NCBI GenBank assembly: GCA_016206925.1
Contig: JACQQS010000055.1
Span: 1 to 62,639 of the forward strand
From: Candidatus Omnitrophota bacterium
GTDB taxonomy: Bacteria > Omnitrophota > Omnitrophia > Omnitrophales > JACQQS01
Direction of reading: 5' to 3'
Length of the DNA stretch: 62,639 nt
Both the position numbers and the translations under genes were made by a program. The notes under the pieces are model-generated. The model ran no database searches. It saw nothing but the letters and a program-made list of their open reading frames with translations, and was not told the origin of the DNA. This document shows, piece after piece, positions 25,478 to 35,874 of the stretch. Positions within the stretch are counted from its first letter, which is position 1, and every line of letters begins with the position of its first letter.

Positions 25478-26800
25478 ATGGTAGAGATAAAACCGTTCTG
25501 TGGTTGGCGATATGATCCAAATTGCGTGGACCTGGCTGATGTCATCGCACCTCCATACGATGTCATTGATGAGAAAGAGCAAGATGCTCTTTACGAGAAG
25601 AATCCCTACAACATTATCCGATTGATTCTAGGAAAAGACGAGCTCGTCGACACGTCGGAAGGAACCAATAAATATAAGCGCGCCGGTTCATTCCTGGAAT
25701 CTTGGCAAAAGCAGGGAATTGTAATTAATGAAGGCGGGCCAGCCTATTACCTTTACCGCCAAACATTTCTTCATCCCAACTCAGGCAGGAAAGTAAACCG
25801 GATCGGTCTCTTTGCGGCTGTCCGGCTTGAGGATTATTCCGCGCGCGCTATCCTGCCGCACGAACGGACATATACGGCGCCCAAAGCCGATCGCATGAAT
25901 TTAATCCGTTCCGTAAAGGCGAATCTTTCGCCCGTATTCGGGCTTTATGAGGACAAGGGGAAACATCTGGATTCTCTGTATAAAGCCGCCATGAAAAACA
26001 AAGCCGATATCAGCTTCGAAGATGACAAGAAAATGTCGCATAGCCTGTGGATTCTTAAGGACAAAGAGTTTATCAACTGCGTATCGGAATTTTTTAAGTC
26101 GCAGTCCGTCATGATCGCCGATGGGCATCATCGTTATGAAACCGCGCTGGCGTACCGGAATTGGCTGAGAGATAGTGGAAATGCGGGAAACAGATTGCAG
26201 GCATCCGACTATGTCATGATGGTCCTCGTAAATATTTATGATGAAGGTCTGCTCGTATTTCCGACGCACCGGCTTCTACGCCTTAAAGCCTTGCCGGACA
26301 TTGAAAAATTGGAGCCGCAGATTGCACCTTATTTCGGAATCCACGGTTTTAGCGTAAATGATGCGAAAGATTGGGAGTCGCACTTATCACAGGAACCGCA
26401 GGATCATGTTGTTATCGGGCTCCAGTGGGGAAAGTCGAAGGCCCGGATCTTGCGCCTGCGGACGACCAGCAAATTTGATATTCGCCGCGTGATGCCTGCG
26501 GGAAAACCAGCGGCGTGGTATCGGTTGGATGTGAATATTGTTCAGCATTTAATTATTCATAAGCTGCTTGGTGTCAAACCAAAAGAATTTGAGGAGGTTG
26601 TACGTTATACGCACTATCTGGATGAGGTTGTAAAGCGGGTCCAGAGCGGAGAAGCGACGATTGCAATTATTTTGCGCGCTCCCGATGTAGCCACCGTTAA
26701 GAAAGTGTGTTATTCTGGTGAAGTCATGCCGCAAAAATCAACTTATTTTTACCCGAAGCTACCGTCGGGTCTTGTCTTACACATGCACGAAGGGAGGTAA
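25478..26800 (+). CDS. DUF1015 family protein
   Basis: Start moved to ATG 25478 (MVEIKPFCGWRYD). The motifs ADGHHRYETA and FPTHR are typical of DUF1015. Confidence 0.75.
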   Translation: MVEIKPFCGWRYDPNCVDLADVIAPPYDVIDEKEQDALYEKNPYNIIRLILGKDELVDTSEGTNKYKRAGSFLESWQKQGIVINEGGPAYYLYRQTFLHPNSGRKVNRIGLFAAVRLEDYSARAILPHERTYTAPKADRMNLIRSVKANLSPVFGLYEDKGKHLDSLYKAAMKNKADISFEDDKKMSHSLWILKDKEFINCVSEFFKSQSVMIADGHHRYETALAYRNWLRDSGNAGNRLQASDYVMMVLVNIYDEGLLVFPTHRLLRLKALPDIEKLEPQIAPYFGIHGFSVNDAKDWESHLSQEPQDHVVIGLQWGKSKARILRLRTTSKFDIRRVMPAGKPAAWYRLDVNIVQHLIIHKLLGVKPKEFEEVVRYTHYLDEVVKRVQSGEATIAIILRAPDVATVKKVCYSGEVMPQKSTYFYPKLPSGLVLHMHEGR

Positions 26801-26804
26801 TTCC

Positions 26805-27890
26805 ATGGAAATCAGCTTACCGCGCGGAGGAGGGTTTCGCAATGTGCCCGATCCGCAGAGGTTAACCTTGTGGGTTTTGATCATTGGATTCACCACTTTG
26901 ACCGCTACTACTGTTTTCTACAAGGTGGAGCCTGAGGAAGTCGGCGTGGTTCAGCAATTCGGCAAGTTCATGCGAATTGCACAGCCGGGCCTCCATATAA
27001 AATTGCCGTTTGGAATCGAGACGGTACGATTGGTGAGGACCCTCCACGTCCAGTCCGAGGAATTTGGTTTTCAAACCACGCGCGCGGCTATTCGAAGCCA
27101 GTTTGCGGAGGTTTTTACTGGTCCGAGTTCTTCCCGCCGCGGCGAGTCGCTTCGCTCTCGTGACGTTGGGTTTGAGTCTAATTCATTTCTGCACGAATCC
27201 ATGATGCTGACGGGCGATCTTAATCTGGCCGTGGTGGAGTGGATTGTTCAATATCGTCACGCGGATCCGTACAAGTATCTGTTTAAAATACGCGATGCCG
27301 ACAATACGGTACGGGATATGTCCGAGACGGTTATGCGCCAGGTTGTGGGCGACAGAACGGTGGATGAGGTGATTACGCTCAGCCGTGTAGAAATTCAGGA
27401 GGAGGCCAAGCAGGAACTGCAGAAGATTCTGGATAAGTTGGAAAGCGGCATCGAAGTGAGCCAGGTTGTGCTTCAAAGTGTAAATCCTCCCGACGAAGTG
27501 AAGCCGTCTTTTAATGATGTAAATACGGCACGGCAGGACAAGGAACGCATGATCAACCAGGCTTGGGAAGACTACAACAAGTTTGTTCCCCGGGCTCAAG
27601 GTGAAGCAGAGCAGATCATCCGTGAGGCGGAGGGATTTGCCCTCAAACGGGTCAATAACGCCGAAGGCGATGTGAAGAAATTTACTTCCATGTGGACCGA
27701 ATACAAGCAGGCGCCTGAAATTGCGCGGCGGCGCATGTATTTGGAGGCCATGCAGGATCTTTACCGCCGAATTCCAAATAAAATCATAATTGATAAGAAT
27801 CTAAAGGGGGTTCTGCCGTTTATGGACCTTAACCAAATTTTCCCATCGGATCAATTGAATCAGAAAAAGGAAGGAGGGCAGCCTTCATGA
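26805..27890 (+). CDS. hflK: FtsH protease modulator HflK (SPFH/band-7)
   Basis: Start at ATG 26805 (gggagg upstream). One transmembrane helix followed by an SPFH domain. Followed by hflC with a 4-nt overlap. Confidence 0.8.
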   Translation: MEISLPRGGGFRNVPDPQRLTLWVLIIGFTTLTATTVFYKVEPEEVGVVQQFGKFMRIAQPGLHIKLPFGIETVRLVRTLHVQSEEFGFQTTRAAIRSQFAEVFTGPSSSRRGESLRSRDVGFESNSFLHESMMLTGDLNLAVVEWIVQYRHADPYKYLFKIRDADNTVRDMSETVMRQVVGDRTVDEVITLSRVEIQEEAKQELQKILDKLESGIEVSQVVLQSVNPPDEVKPSFNDVNTARQDKERMINQAWEDYNKFVPRAQGEAEQIIREAEGFALKRVNNAEGDVKKFTSMWTEYKQAPEIARRRMYLEAMQDLYRRIPNKIIIDKNLKGVLPFMDLNQIFPSDQLNQKKEGGQPS

Positions 27891-28822
27891 AGCCGACGTA
27901 TGTAGGTCCTTTAATCGCGTTAACGGTTCTGCTGGTGGTTCTATTTAGTCAGTCCTTTTATCAAGTAGATGAAAGCGAACAGGTCATCATCACACAGTTC
28001 GGGCAATCGATCGGCGGGGCCATCATGACGCCCGGATTAAAATGGCGGATACCGTTCATTCATCAGGTAAATCGCTTTGAAAAGAGGATTCTCGAGTGGG
28101 ACGGGGACCCGGAGCGTATGCCCAGCAAGGACAAAAAATATCTCTGGGTGGATGCCACGGCGCGCTGGAGAATCGTAGATCCGCTCAAGTTTCTGCAGAC
28201 TGTCGGCAGCGAAATGGGCGCCCAGAAACGTTTGGATGATATTTTGGACGGAACAACGCGGAGTGCGGTTGCCAACCATGATTTGATGAACGTTGTCCGA
28301 AGCTCAAATCGTATTTTGACCGCCAAAGTAGCCGAGGACATTGATTTTGAAGTCGATTATCCGGAAATTAAGGACGGCCGTACGCATCTTACCGAAGAGA
28401 TCATGAATCGCTCGCTGCCGCTGGTTCGGGAATACGGTATAGAGCTTATCGGTCTTCGTATTAAACGGATTAATTATGAACCGGAAGTCCGGAAGAAAGT
28501 GTACGAGCGGATGATTTCCGAGCGCAAACGCGTTTCGGGAAAGCTTCGTTCCGAGGGGCAGGGTGAAAGCGCAGAGATTCAAGGCCGAAAGGAAAAAATG
28601 CTCCGACAGATCGAATCGGAAGCCTATCGCTCGGCCCAAGCTGTTATCGGTGAAGCGGAAGCAAAGGCGCTTAAGATTTATGCAGACGCCTATTCAGCCG
28701 ATCCCGAATTTTACACATTTTATAAAACACTGGAAAGCTACGCTACTTCGGTGAAAGATACCGACCGGCTGATTTTGACCACGGATAACGAGTTCTTGCA
28801 TTATTTGGAACACAGTCAGTAA
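27887..28822 (+). CDS. hflC: FtsH protease modulator HflC (SPFH/band-7)
   Basis: 311 aa. N-terminal transmembrane helix, SPFH domain and a coiled-coil tail. Paired with hflK. Confidence 0.8.
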   Translation: MKPTYVGPLIALTVLLVVLFSQSFYQVDESEQVIITQFGQSIGGAIMTPGLKWRIPFIHQVNRFEKRILEWDGDPERMPSKDKKYLWVDATARWRIVDPLKFLQTVGSEMGAQKRLDDILDGTTRSAVANHDLMNVVRSSNRILTAKVAEDIDFEVDYPEIKDGRTHLTEEIMNRSLPLVREYGIELIGLRIKRINYEPEVRKKVYERMISERKRVSGKLRSEGQGESAEIQGRKEKMLRQIESEAYRSAQAVIGEAEAKALKIYADAYSADPEFYTFYKTLESYATSVKDTDRLILTTDNEFLHYLEHSQ

Positions 28823-28855
28823 GAGAATAAAAAGTCTCAGGTTGCGATCCGCAGT

Positions 28856-30394
28856 ATGTTTTTGCTCAGCGTAAGCGAGTTAGAGGAAAAATACAGACAG
28901 GGATTTACCGTTCCTCTACTCTTCAGGTTTAAATCCGCTTTGAAGCCGCAGTCTGTGTATTCCGCTTTGGCTCACGATGGACCCTCCGTTTTGCTCGAAA
29001 GCCCAACCGCATTGCCGGGTGATGATTCTCACCGGTATTCCTACATTGCATGGAATCCATATCTGAGCGTTCGAATTCACGAAAACCGGTGTGATATTTC
29101 CTATCGTGACGGAAAAAAGTCTCAAAGGGAAGGCACGGCCCTCGGAATTCTAAAATCCATTCTGTCTGAATGGAAGGGCAGCCGATGGCCCGGTATCGAC
29201 TTTTTTACCGGAGGTGCCGTTGCTGCACTCGGCTATGAGCTTGCCTGTCAGTTTGAAAAATTGCCGGAACCATCCCGGCTGGGAGATGAAGTTCCGGATA
29301 TTATTGCGTCGATTTATGACCGCGTGGTCATTATTGACAAAAGGAATGACGAGATCACCATATCCCGGAATCTTTGCCCCTCGAGCGGCATCCATTTTGA
29401 GAAGGCATATGAAACGGCAATGCATGAAATCGAATCTCTGGCGCACACGATAAACTCGGCCCCACCGGACGGATATTTGAAGGCCGTGTCTGTTGAGGCC
29501 CTCAAAGCTTCTATTACGGAAGGCGAATTTCATCGGATGGTACGAAGTGCGCAAGAATACATACGCTCAGGGGACATTTACCAGGCCAACCTCTCTCAGA
29601 GATTTGAGTTTACTTTTCAGGGCAGCGCCTTCGGACTTTATCAAAGGCTGCATAAGATAAACCCTTCGCCGTACGCTGCATATGTGGATTGGGTGGATAT
29701 TCAGATTGTGAGCGCATCGCCCGAACGACTCATCCGTCTGCGAGGCGATCTCTGCGAAACAAGGCCGATTGCGGGAACGCGGCCAAGGGGGAGAAGTGAA
29801 ATCGAGCGTGAGCAATTCCGTGAAGACCTTCTCTTAAGTGAAAAGGAAAGGGCGGAGCATTTGATGCTCGTCGATCTTGAGCGGAACGATCTCGGCCATC
29901 TCTCCGTGTATGGAACGGTTTGCGTTGATGAGTGGATGACCGTTGAGTGCTATTCGCATGTGCAGCATATCGTTTCAAACGTTCGGGGCCGTTTGAAGCC
30001 GGATTTTGACCGATTTGATCTTATCCGCGCCATGTTTCCGGGCGGCACCATTACCGGATGTCCGAAGATCCGTTGCATGGAAATCATTCATGAACTTGAG
30101 CGGGAACGGAGGGGATTTTACACAGGCTCCCTCGGTTACCTGGATTTTAACGGGGACATGGACCTAAACATTTTAATACGGACTATTTTCATCAATGGCA
30201 GCAAAGGGTCGTTTCGTGTTGGGTCCGGTATCGTGGCGGATTCCAGAGAAGTATCGGAATACCAGGAAACGTTGCATAAGGCGGCCGCTATTTTTGATGC
30301 GTTGAGCCATGCCGGTCTTGCTGTTCCATCTGCAGCAAAGGCCGATCGCATACCCGGAGCAAAATCTTTGAAGAAGGAGTCCCAGTTTGTTTGA
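28856..30394 (+). CDS. pabB: Aminodeoxychorismate synthase component I (chorismate-binding enzyme)
   Basis: 512 aa. Motifs GDIYQANLSQRF and PGGTITGCPK. Followed by a class IV aminotransferase-fold gene, with folC nearby. Confidence 0.7.
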   Translation: MFLLSVSELEEKYRQGFTVPLLFRFKSALKPQSVYSALAHDGPSVLLESPTALPGDDSHRYSYIAWNPYLSVRIHENRCDISYRDGKKSQREGTALGILKSILSEWKGSRWPGIDFFTGGAVAALGYELACQFEKLPEPSRLGDEVPDIIASIYDRVVIIDKRNDEITISRNLCPSSGIHFEKAYETAMHEIESLAHTINSAPPDGYLKAVSVEALKASITEGEFHRMVRSAQEYIRSGDIYQANLSQRFEFTFQGSAFGLYQRLHKINPSPYAAYVDWVDIQIVSASPERLIRLRGDLCETRPIAGTRPRGRSEIEREQFREDLLLSEKERAEHLMLVDLERNDLGHLSVYGTVCVDEWMTVECYSHVQHIVSNVRGRLKPDFDRFDLIRAMFPGGTITGCPKIRCMEIIHELERERRGFYTGSLGYLDFNGDMDLNILIRTIFINGSKGSFRVGSGIVADSREVSEYQETLHKAAAIFDALSHAGLAVPSAAKADRIPGAKSLKKESQFV

Positions 30395-31244
30395 AGAGCA
30401 TTTGGGAACGGTCGTTTTTCATGATGGACGAATGGTCGATCCGGAAAATGTGGATATAAATCTGTGGCGGGAAGAATCTTCCATATCCGTATTTGAAAGC
30501 ATGCGGGTTTATGACGGCGTTATTTTTAAGTTGGATGAGCATTTGGACCGACTTTTGGAATCGGCAAAGTCCGTCGGGATTAGAGTCAATGCCGGTCGTG
30601 AATTGCTCAGAAACCAATTGGCAGAAACGTTGAAAATTTCGGGGCATCGAGCGGCTTTTGTACGGATTACGGTAGCGAAAGACCGGGCATGGATTTTTGC
30701 CGGCCCGCTGAAATCGCCGGGCGTTCACTCATATAAAAAAGGCGTCGTTTTGCGAACGGTCGCTATGCGCAGGCCCGGTCCGCGCATTACATGCGCGGAG
30801 GCAAAAGTTTCGGATTACCTGGCCGGTGTTTTAGCCAAGGTCGAATCGGATATCGGCGCAGAAGTAAGCGGGCCGATCTTCGAGACGGTCTTCTTGAGTT
30901 CTCAGCATGAGGTTGAAGAATGCAGGACTTCAAATATATTTATGGTCAAGGGAAACAGGATTTTTACACCGCCGCCGCGGGAAATCCTTGATGGAGTTAC
31001 GCGTCGCACCGTGTTAGAATTGGCGGCCGACTCCGGAATTCCGGTTTTGGAGCGTGTTTTGACGCGACATGATCTTTACAATGCCGAGGAAGTTTTTCTG
31101 ACGTATACAAGCGGCGAGATTCTGCCGGTATCGGAGTTGGACCGGAGAAAAATAAGCTCGCGTTGTCCTGGCCCTTTAACCCAATTATTGCACCGCCAGT
31201 ATAAAAGGCTGGTGAAAAACTATGTTGCGCGCAAAAGTCAATGA
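30387..31244 (+). CDS. pabC: Aminodeoxychorismate lyase / class IV aminotransferase-fold protein
   Basis: 285 aa. TTG start with aaggag 8 nt upstream. Class IV fold pattern (SNIFMVKGNRIFTPP, ILDGVTRR). Confidence 0.6.
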   Translation: MFEEHLGTVVFHDGRMVDPENVDINLWREESSISVFESMRVYDGVIFKLDEHLDRLLESAKSVGIRVNAGRELLRNQLAETLKISGHRAAFVRITVAKDRAWIFAGPLKSPGVHSYKKGVVLRTVAMRRPGPRITCAEAKVSDYLAGVLAKVESDIGAEVSGPIFETVFLSSQHEVEECRTSNIFMVKGNRIFTPPPREILDGVTRRTVLELAADSGIPVLERVLTRHDLYNAEEVFLTYTSGEILPVSELDRRKISSRCPGPLTQLLHRQYKRLVKNYVARKSQ

Positions 31245-32846
31245 GTGAATCGGTTCGTGAAAGTTAAACGAGCATTAATCAGCGTTACGGATAAATCGGG
31301 ATTGATTCCTTTTGCCAAAGGACTTCGGAGTCTGGGCGTCGAAATCATTTCTACGGGCGGCACGCTTAATCTGCTTCGCCGGAACAAAATCAAATCCAAA
31401 TCGATAGAAGAATTTACGGGATTTCCGGAGATTTTCTCGGGGCGCCTCAAGACACTCAATCCTAAAGTGCACGGAGGGTTGCTTTATGTCCGTTCGAACA
31501 CCAAGCAGAAAAATGAAGCGCGTGCGCATGGGATTGAACCCATCGATCTTGTGGTGGTAAATCTTTACCATTTTGAAGAAGCCGCAAATGCCAAAGGGCT
31601 CTCCGAAAACGAAGTCATCGAGCAAATCGATATCGGAGGGCCGGCCATGCTGCGTTCGGCGGCTAAGAATTTTGAGTTTGTCGGAGTCGTTTCATCCCCG
31701 GAGGACTACGCTGGCGTATTAAAGGAATTAAGAAACGGTAAAGGCTCACTTTCCCGGAAAACCAGAAGACGACTTGCCTCAAAAGTTTTTCAACTGACTT
31801 CGCGTTATGATATGGCTATCGCCGGATACTTTGCGAGTGCAGAAGCAAAGTCCGGAAAGGGAATACCCGCGGGTGAGAGCAGGTTTCCGGGTCAGCTAAA
31901 TGTAAATTTTAGGAAAGTCCAGGATCTCCGCTACGGAGAAAACCCGCATCAGCGTGCTGCTTTATACCGGTCCACCACGCCGGGCGCCCCGTTTCGGTTT
32001 CGGCAATTGCAGGGAAAGGAACTCTCGTTTAACAATCTTCTCGATATCGAATCCGCACTGGAAGCCATAGCCGAATTCTCGCGTCCCGCTGCGGCGGTTA
32101 TCAAACACAATAATCCCTGCGGTGTGGCTGAGGCAGATGATTTGGGACAGGCTTTAATCGATGCCATCACTTCGGACAGCATGTCGGCCTTTGGCGGTAT
32201 TATTGCGGTAACGCGCGAACTCGACCGCAAAGTGGCCGAAGCCGTTCGAGAAAGTCTTCCTTTTTTTGAAGTGCTGATAGCCCCTTCCTTTGGCAATGGA
32301 AGTCTTAAAGTTTTTGAGCCGCGAAAGAATCTGAGGCTTATCGAGGCTGATCCCTATTCGCTATCCGAAAACGGTTCATACAACTTCCGGTTTGGAAACG
32401 CCGGACTCCTGGTGCAGGATGCCGATAGGCCGCTTCGGGGGAAGGAAAAAGAATTTGTGAAAGAATTGAAATATGTGACTGCGGTAAAGCCTGTTAAAGA
32501 AGATCTGGGATCGCTTATATTTGTCTGGAAATGCGCAAAACATGTTAAATCAAATGCCATCGTGCTTGCCAAGGGAACGCGGACGGTCGGCATCGGAGCG
32601 GGACAAATGTCCCGCGTTGATAGCGTGAGAATCGCCTGTCGGAAAGCCGGCCTCGAAGCAAGGGATGCGGTGCTGGCGAGTGACGGTTTTTTTCCCATGG
32701 CAGACAATATCGAAGTGGCCCATGAGTACGGCGTTCGAATGATCATACAGCCCGGCGGCTCAGTCCGCGATCCCGATGTCATTGCCGCCTGTGATCGTTT
32801 TGGTATCGGAATGGTTCTTACGGGAAAACGGCATTTTCGTCATTAA
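31245..32846 (+). CDS. purH: Bifunctional AICAR transformylase / IMP cyclohydrolase
   Basis: 533 aa. N-terminal MGS-like KRALISVTDKSGL. The C-terminus ends KRHFRH. Confidence 0.9.
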   Translation: MNRFVKVKRALISVTDKSGLIPFAKGLRSLGVEIISTGGTLNLLRRNKIKSKSIEEFTGFPEIFSGRLKTLNPKVHGGLLYVRSNTKQKNEARAHGIEPIDLVVVNLYHFEEAANAKGLSENEVIEQIDIGGPAMLRSAAKNFEFVGVVSSPEDYAGVLKELRNGKGSLSRKTRRRLASKVFQLTSRYDMAIAGYFASAEAKSGKGIPAGESRFPGQLNVNFRKVQDLRYGENPHQRAALYRSTTPGAPFRFRQLQGKELSFNNLLDIESALEAIAEFSRPAAAVIKHNNPCGVAEADDLGQALIDAITSDSMSAFGGIIAVTRELDRKVAEAVRESLPFFEVLIAPSFGNGSLKVFEPRKNLRLIEADPYSLSENGSYNFRFGNAGLLVQDADRPLRGKEKEFVKELKYVTAVKPVKEDLGSLIFVWKCAKHVKSNAIVLAKGTRTVGIGAGQMSRVDSVRIACRKAGLEARDAVLASDGFFPMADNIEVAHEYGVRMIIQPGGSVRDPDVIAACDRFGIGMVLTGKRHFRH

Positions 32847-32848
32847 AA

Positions 32849-33003
32849 GAACAGATGACAGAAGCCGGGAACAGAAGTCAGAAAAAAGAAAAAGGGAACA
32901 AAAAAACCAAAATTGAATTATGTTCAGTGAACCTGCTCATTTTTTAGTTTCGCCTTTAGATCTGTTTTCTGTCCATCTGACTTCTGCCCCCTGACTTCTG
33001 CCC
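32849..33003. repeat. Intergenic inverted-repeat element with an internal direct repeat
   Basis: The left arm contains cagaagtcag (32872..32881). The right arm has ctgacttctgccc twice (32977..32989 and 32991..33003). gaacagatgacagaag is roughly complementary to ttctgtccatctg. An A-rich ~80-nt spacer separates the arms. Confidence 0.6.
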
Positions 33004-33009
33004 TCAGAT

Positions 33010-34323
33010 ATGACCTACCGCGAAGCCTTAGCGTTTGTCTCTTCCTTCGACAATTACGAGAAGAAACTTCCGGCCAGCTACTCTCCGCAAAAATTTCGCT
33101 TAAAAAGAATGGAAACTCTGCTGGAAAGGCTCGGGCATCCGGAGAAAGGTCTTCTCATTGTGCATATTGCCGGCACCAATGGTAAGGGTTCTACCGCAGC
33201 TTTTCTGGGTTCCATTGGCCGAGCGCACGGTTGCCGGGTTGGCGTTTATACCTCCCCCCATCTATCGGATGTTCGGGAACGAATTTGCATAGATGGAGAT
33301 ATGATCGGCAGGAGAGAGTTTGGGGAAGGACTAGATATCCTCAAGGGAATATTGGGAAACTGGCCTAAAAATCTGGGCCGGGTAACTTATTTTGAAATTA
33401 TGACCGCGCTTGCCCTTTTGCATTTTCGCAGGAATGAATGCGATTTCGTAATCCTTGAGGTTGGCTTGGGCGGCAGGCTGGATGCCACGAATGCGGTGCG
33501 TACCAGTCTCAGTGTATTTACAGAGATCGGCTTGGATCATCAAAAATGGCTTGGAACTACCATTCAGAAAATTGCCAAAGAAAAAGCCGGCATCATAAAG
33601 GAAGGCGTACCCGTTTGCACAGGCTACCAATTACCTTCGGCTGAGCGGGTTATCCGAAGGCGGTCTAAAGAGCTTGGATCCCCCTTATTTAAATTGGTGA
33701 AGCCAAGGTTCATAAAGATGTCGCCCCGGGGGCTTAAATTTGATTTGAGCGCCAACGGAATTAAGAATCTTCCGGTCAAAACCTCACTGGCCGGGCGGTT
33801 TCAAATGAATAATGCCGGGCTTGCGGCCTTAGCCTACAGCATTTTACATAATCTGTATGGATTCAGAATGCATAAAAGGCTGGTTCAAAAAGGACTGGCA
33901 AGCATCTCTTGGCCGGGACGTTTTGAAGTCCTTAAGATGGACGGGCTTACCTTTATTTTGGATGGGGGGCATAATGAACCGGCTATAAAGGTCCTGGTCG
34001 ATTCTATCCTTAAGTTGTTTCCAGATAGAATGATACGAATTATTTTCGGTGCGAGCAGGGACAAGGCAGTTCAAGCAATTTTGGAAGAATTGGCACAGCT
34101 TAAGTCTTCACTATATGTCACGTCTGCTGCACATCCCCGCGCAGCGAATGCTTCGGACTTGGCGGAAAAAGCGAAGAGATATTTTGACCGTGTATACTGC
34201 CTCCCTAACATTCGAAAAGCGCTCAGAGCGGTCAGAAGGGATTTTAGTCGGAATGGAGTGGCGTTGATTACGGGATCATTATTTTTGGTCAGGGAGGCGA
34301 GGGAGATTTTATGCCGGAAATAA
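33010..34323 (+). CDS. folC: Dihydrofolate synthase / folylpolyglutamate synthase
   Basis: 437 aa. P-loop HIAGTNGKGST. Mur-ligase layout. Confidence 0.85.
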   Translation: MTYREALAFVSSFDNYEKKLPASYSPQKFRLKRMETLLERLGHPEKGLLIVHIAGTNGKGSTAAFLGSIGRAHGCRVGVYTSPHLSDVRERICIDGDMIGRREFGEGLDILKGILGNWPKNLGRVTYFEIMTALALLHFRRNECDFVILEVGLGGRLDATNAVRTSLSVFTEIGLDHQKWLGTTIQKIAKEKAGIIKEGVPVCTGYQLPSAERVIRRRSKELGSPLFKLVKPRFIKMSPRGLKFDLSANGIKNLPVKTSLAGRFQMNNAGLAALAYSILHNLYGFRMHKRLVQKGLASISWPGRFEVLKMDGLTFILDGGHNEPAIKVLVDSILKLFPDRMIRIIFGASRDKAVQAILEELAQLKSSLYVTSAAHPRAANASDLAEKAKRYFDRVYCLPNIRKALRAVRRDFSRNGVALITGSLFLVREAREILCRK

Positions 34324-35696
34324 ATCTGGACGACACTATTTGCGCTATTGCGACAGCAAGCGGAGAAGCGGCGCTTAGCATTGTCCGTTTAAGCGGCCCG
34401 AAGGCGATTGCCGTTGCGGACGCGATCTTTCGCGCAAAATCCGGCCGTCCATTAGCAGAGGCCGAATCATTCACAATTCATTATGGGCATGTGTACGAAC
34501 ACGAATTCGCTTTCGACGAGTGCCTGGCCAGCATCTTCCGTCACCCGCGGTCGTTTACAAAAGATGACATGATAGAATTCAGCATGCATGGAGGAACGCA
34601 GTCGGCCAGGAAAATACTCGGCCTGTGCTGTCGGGCAGGAGCGCGTGTGGCGGAACCGGGCGAATTTACGAAACGCGCATTCCTAAACGGCCGCATTAAC
34701 TTGACTCAGGCAGAAGCAGTTGTGGACATCATTCGCGCGACAAGTGAGAAAAGTTTAAGGCAGGCCGTTCGGCATCTCCAGGGCGAACTGTCCGATCGTC
34801 TCCGGACCTTTAAGGAAAGATTGCTTTTGGTCCTGGCACACGTAGAAGCATACGTCGATTTTCCGGAAGAAGACCACGATGTTTTTTCCGATGAGAGAAT
34901 TCAAAGCGAAGTGGACAAGCTTAGAACCGATCTTGAATCGTTGCTTCATTCTTACCGTTCGGGCTCGATTATTCGAAACGGAATTTTGTGCGTGATCGTC
35001 GGACGGCCGAACGTAGGAAAATCCTCCCTGCTTAATGCATTATTGAAACACGAGAGAGCCATCGTGACGGAAATTCCGGGAACAACGCGCGACACCATCG
35101 AAGAAAGTGTGGTGTGGGATGGCGTGGCCGTGCGTCTTGTGGATACGGCGGGTTTGGGCCAAGCGAGGGACCGGTTGGACAAAATGGGAATGGATCGTAC
35201 GCGCAAGTATTTGAACCATGCGGACTTCTATCTTTGGGTCGCGGATGGTTCAATGCCCCTTAACCGGGAGGATTTGGCCATCGGCAGATCGCTGTTAGAG
35301 AAACCGCATATTTTTGTAGTGAACAAATCGGATCTTCCGAGGAGGCTGGATTTGAAAATGTTTGAAAGAGAATTTGATTCTACTCCGACGATTGCATGCT
35401 CTGCATTACGTGGCGAAGGGCTTGACCAGATTCAGCGAAAGGTCATCGAATGCACACTGGAGGCGGAAGGCCGTTCGGAAAATGTGCACTTGACGCGCGA
35501 GCGGCATCACGCAAACATATCGGAAGCTGTTCATCACCTTGCTCGCGCCGCCCGGTCGTTTACGGAAAAAACTTCACTTGAGTTTTTGGCGGCTGATTTG
35601 CGCAGTACGCTTCGTTCGCTCAGCGAATTGATTGGCGAAGTATATTCGGATGACATCTTAGACGTCATTTTTAAAGAATTTTGTGTCGGGAAATAA
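34311..35696 (+). CDS. mnmE: tRNA modification GTPase MnmE
   Basis: 461 aa. G1 motif GRPNVGKSSLLNAL. C-terminal FCVGK. Confidence 0.9.
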   Translation: MPEINLDDTICAIATASGEAALSIVRLSGPKAIAVADAIFRAKSGRPLAEAESFTIHYGHVYEHEFAFDECLASIFRHPRSFTKDDMIEFSMHGGTQSARKILGLCCRAGARVAEPGEFTKRAFLNGRINLTQAEAVVDIIRATSEKSLRQAVRHLQGELSDRLRTFKERLLLVLAHVEAYVDFPEEDHDVFSDERIQSEVDKLRTDLESLLHSYRSGSIIRNGILCVIVGRPNVGKSSLLNALLKHERAIVTEIPGTTRDTIEESVVWDGVAVRLVDTAGLGQARDRLDKMGMDRTRKYLNHADFYLWVADGSMPLNREDLAIGRSLLEKPHIFVVNKSDLPRRLDLKMFEREFDSTPTIACSALRGEGLDQIQRKVIECTLEAEGRSENVHLTRERHHANISEAVHHLARAARSFTEKTSLEFLAADLRSTLRSLSELIGEVYSDDILDVIFKEFCVGK

Positions 35697-35839
35697 TTTT
35701 TCGCAAGTTTCATTCCATTGAAATTATTTATGAGCATCCGAGAAAATAGAATTCATTGGCATGCTGTTCTGTTGTCAACAAAAAATTCAATTTTTTCTTC
35801 TTACGGTTTTCACCTTGAATTTAAACAAGAATTCCGCTA

Positions 35840-35868
35840 TTGACTTGAGCAGAGAACTCACCTATAAT
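35840..35868 (+). promoter_or_regulatory. Near-consensus sigma70 promoter
   Basis: TTGACT (35840..35845), a 17-nt spacer, then TATAAT (35863..35868). Confidence 0.6.
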
Positions 35869-35874
35869 TCCCCG

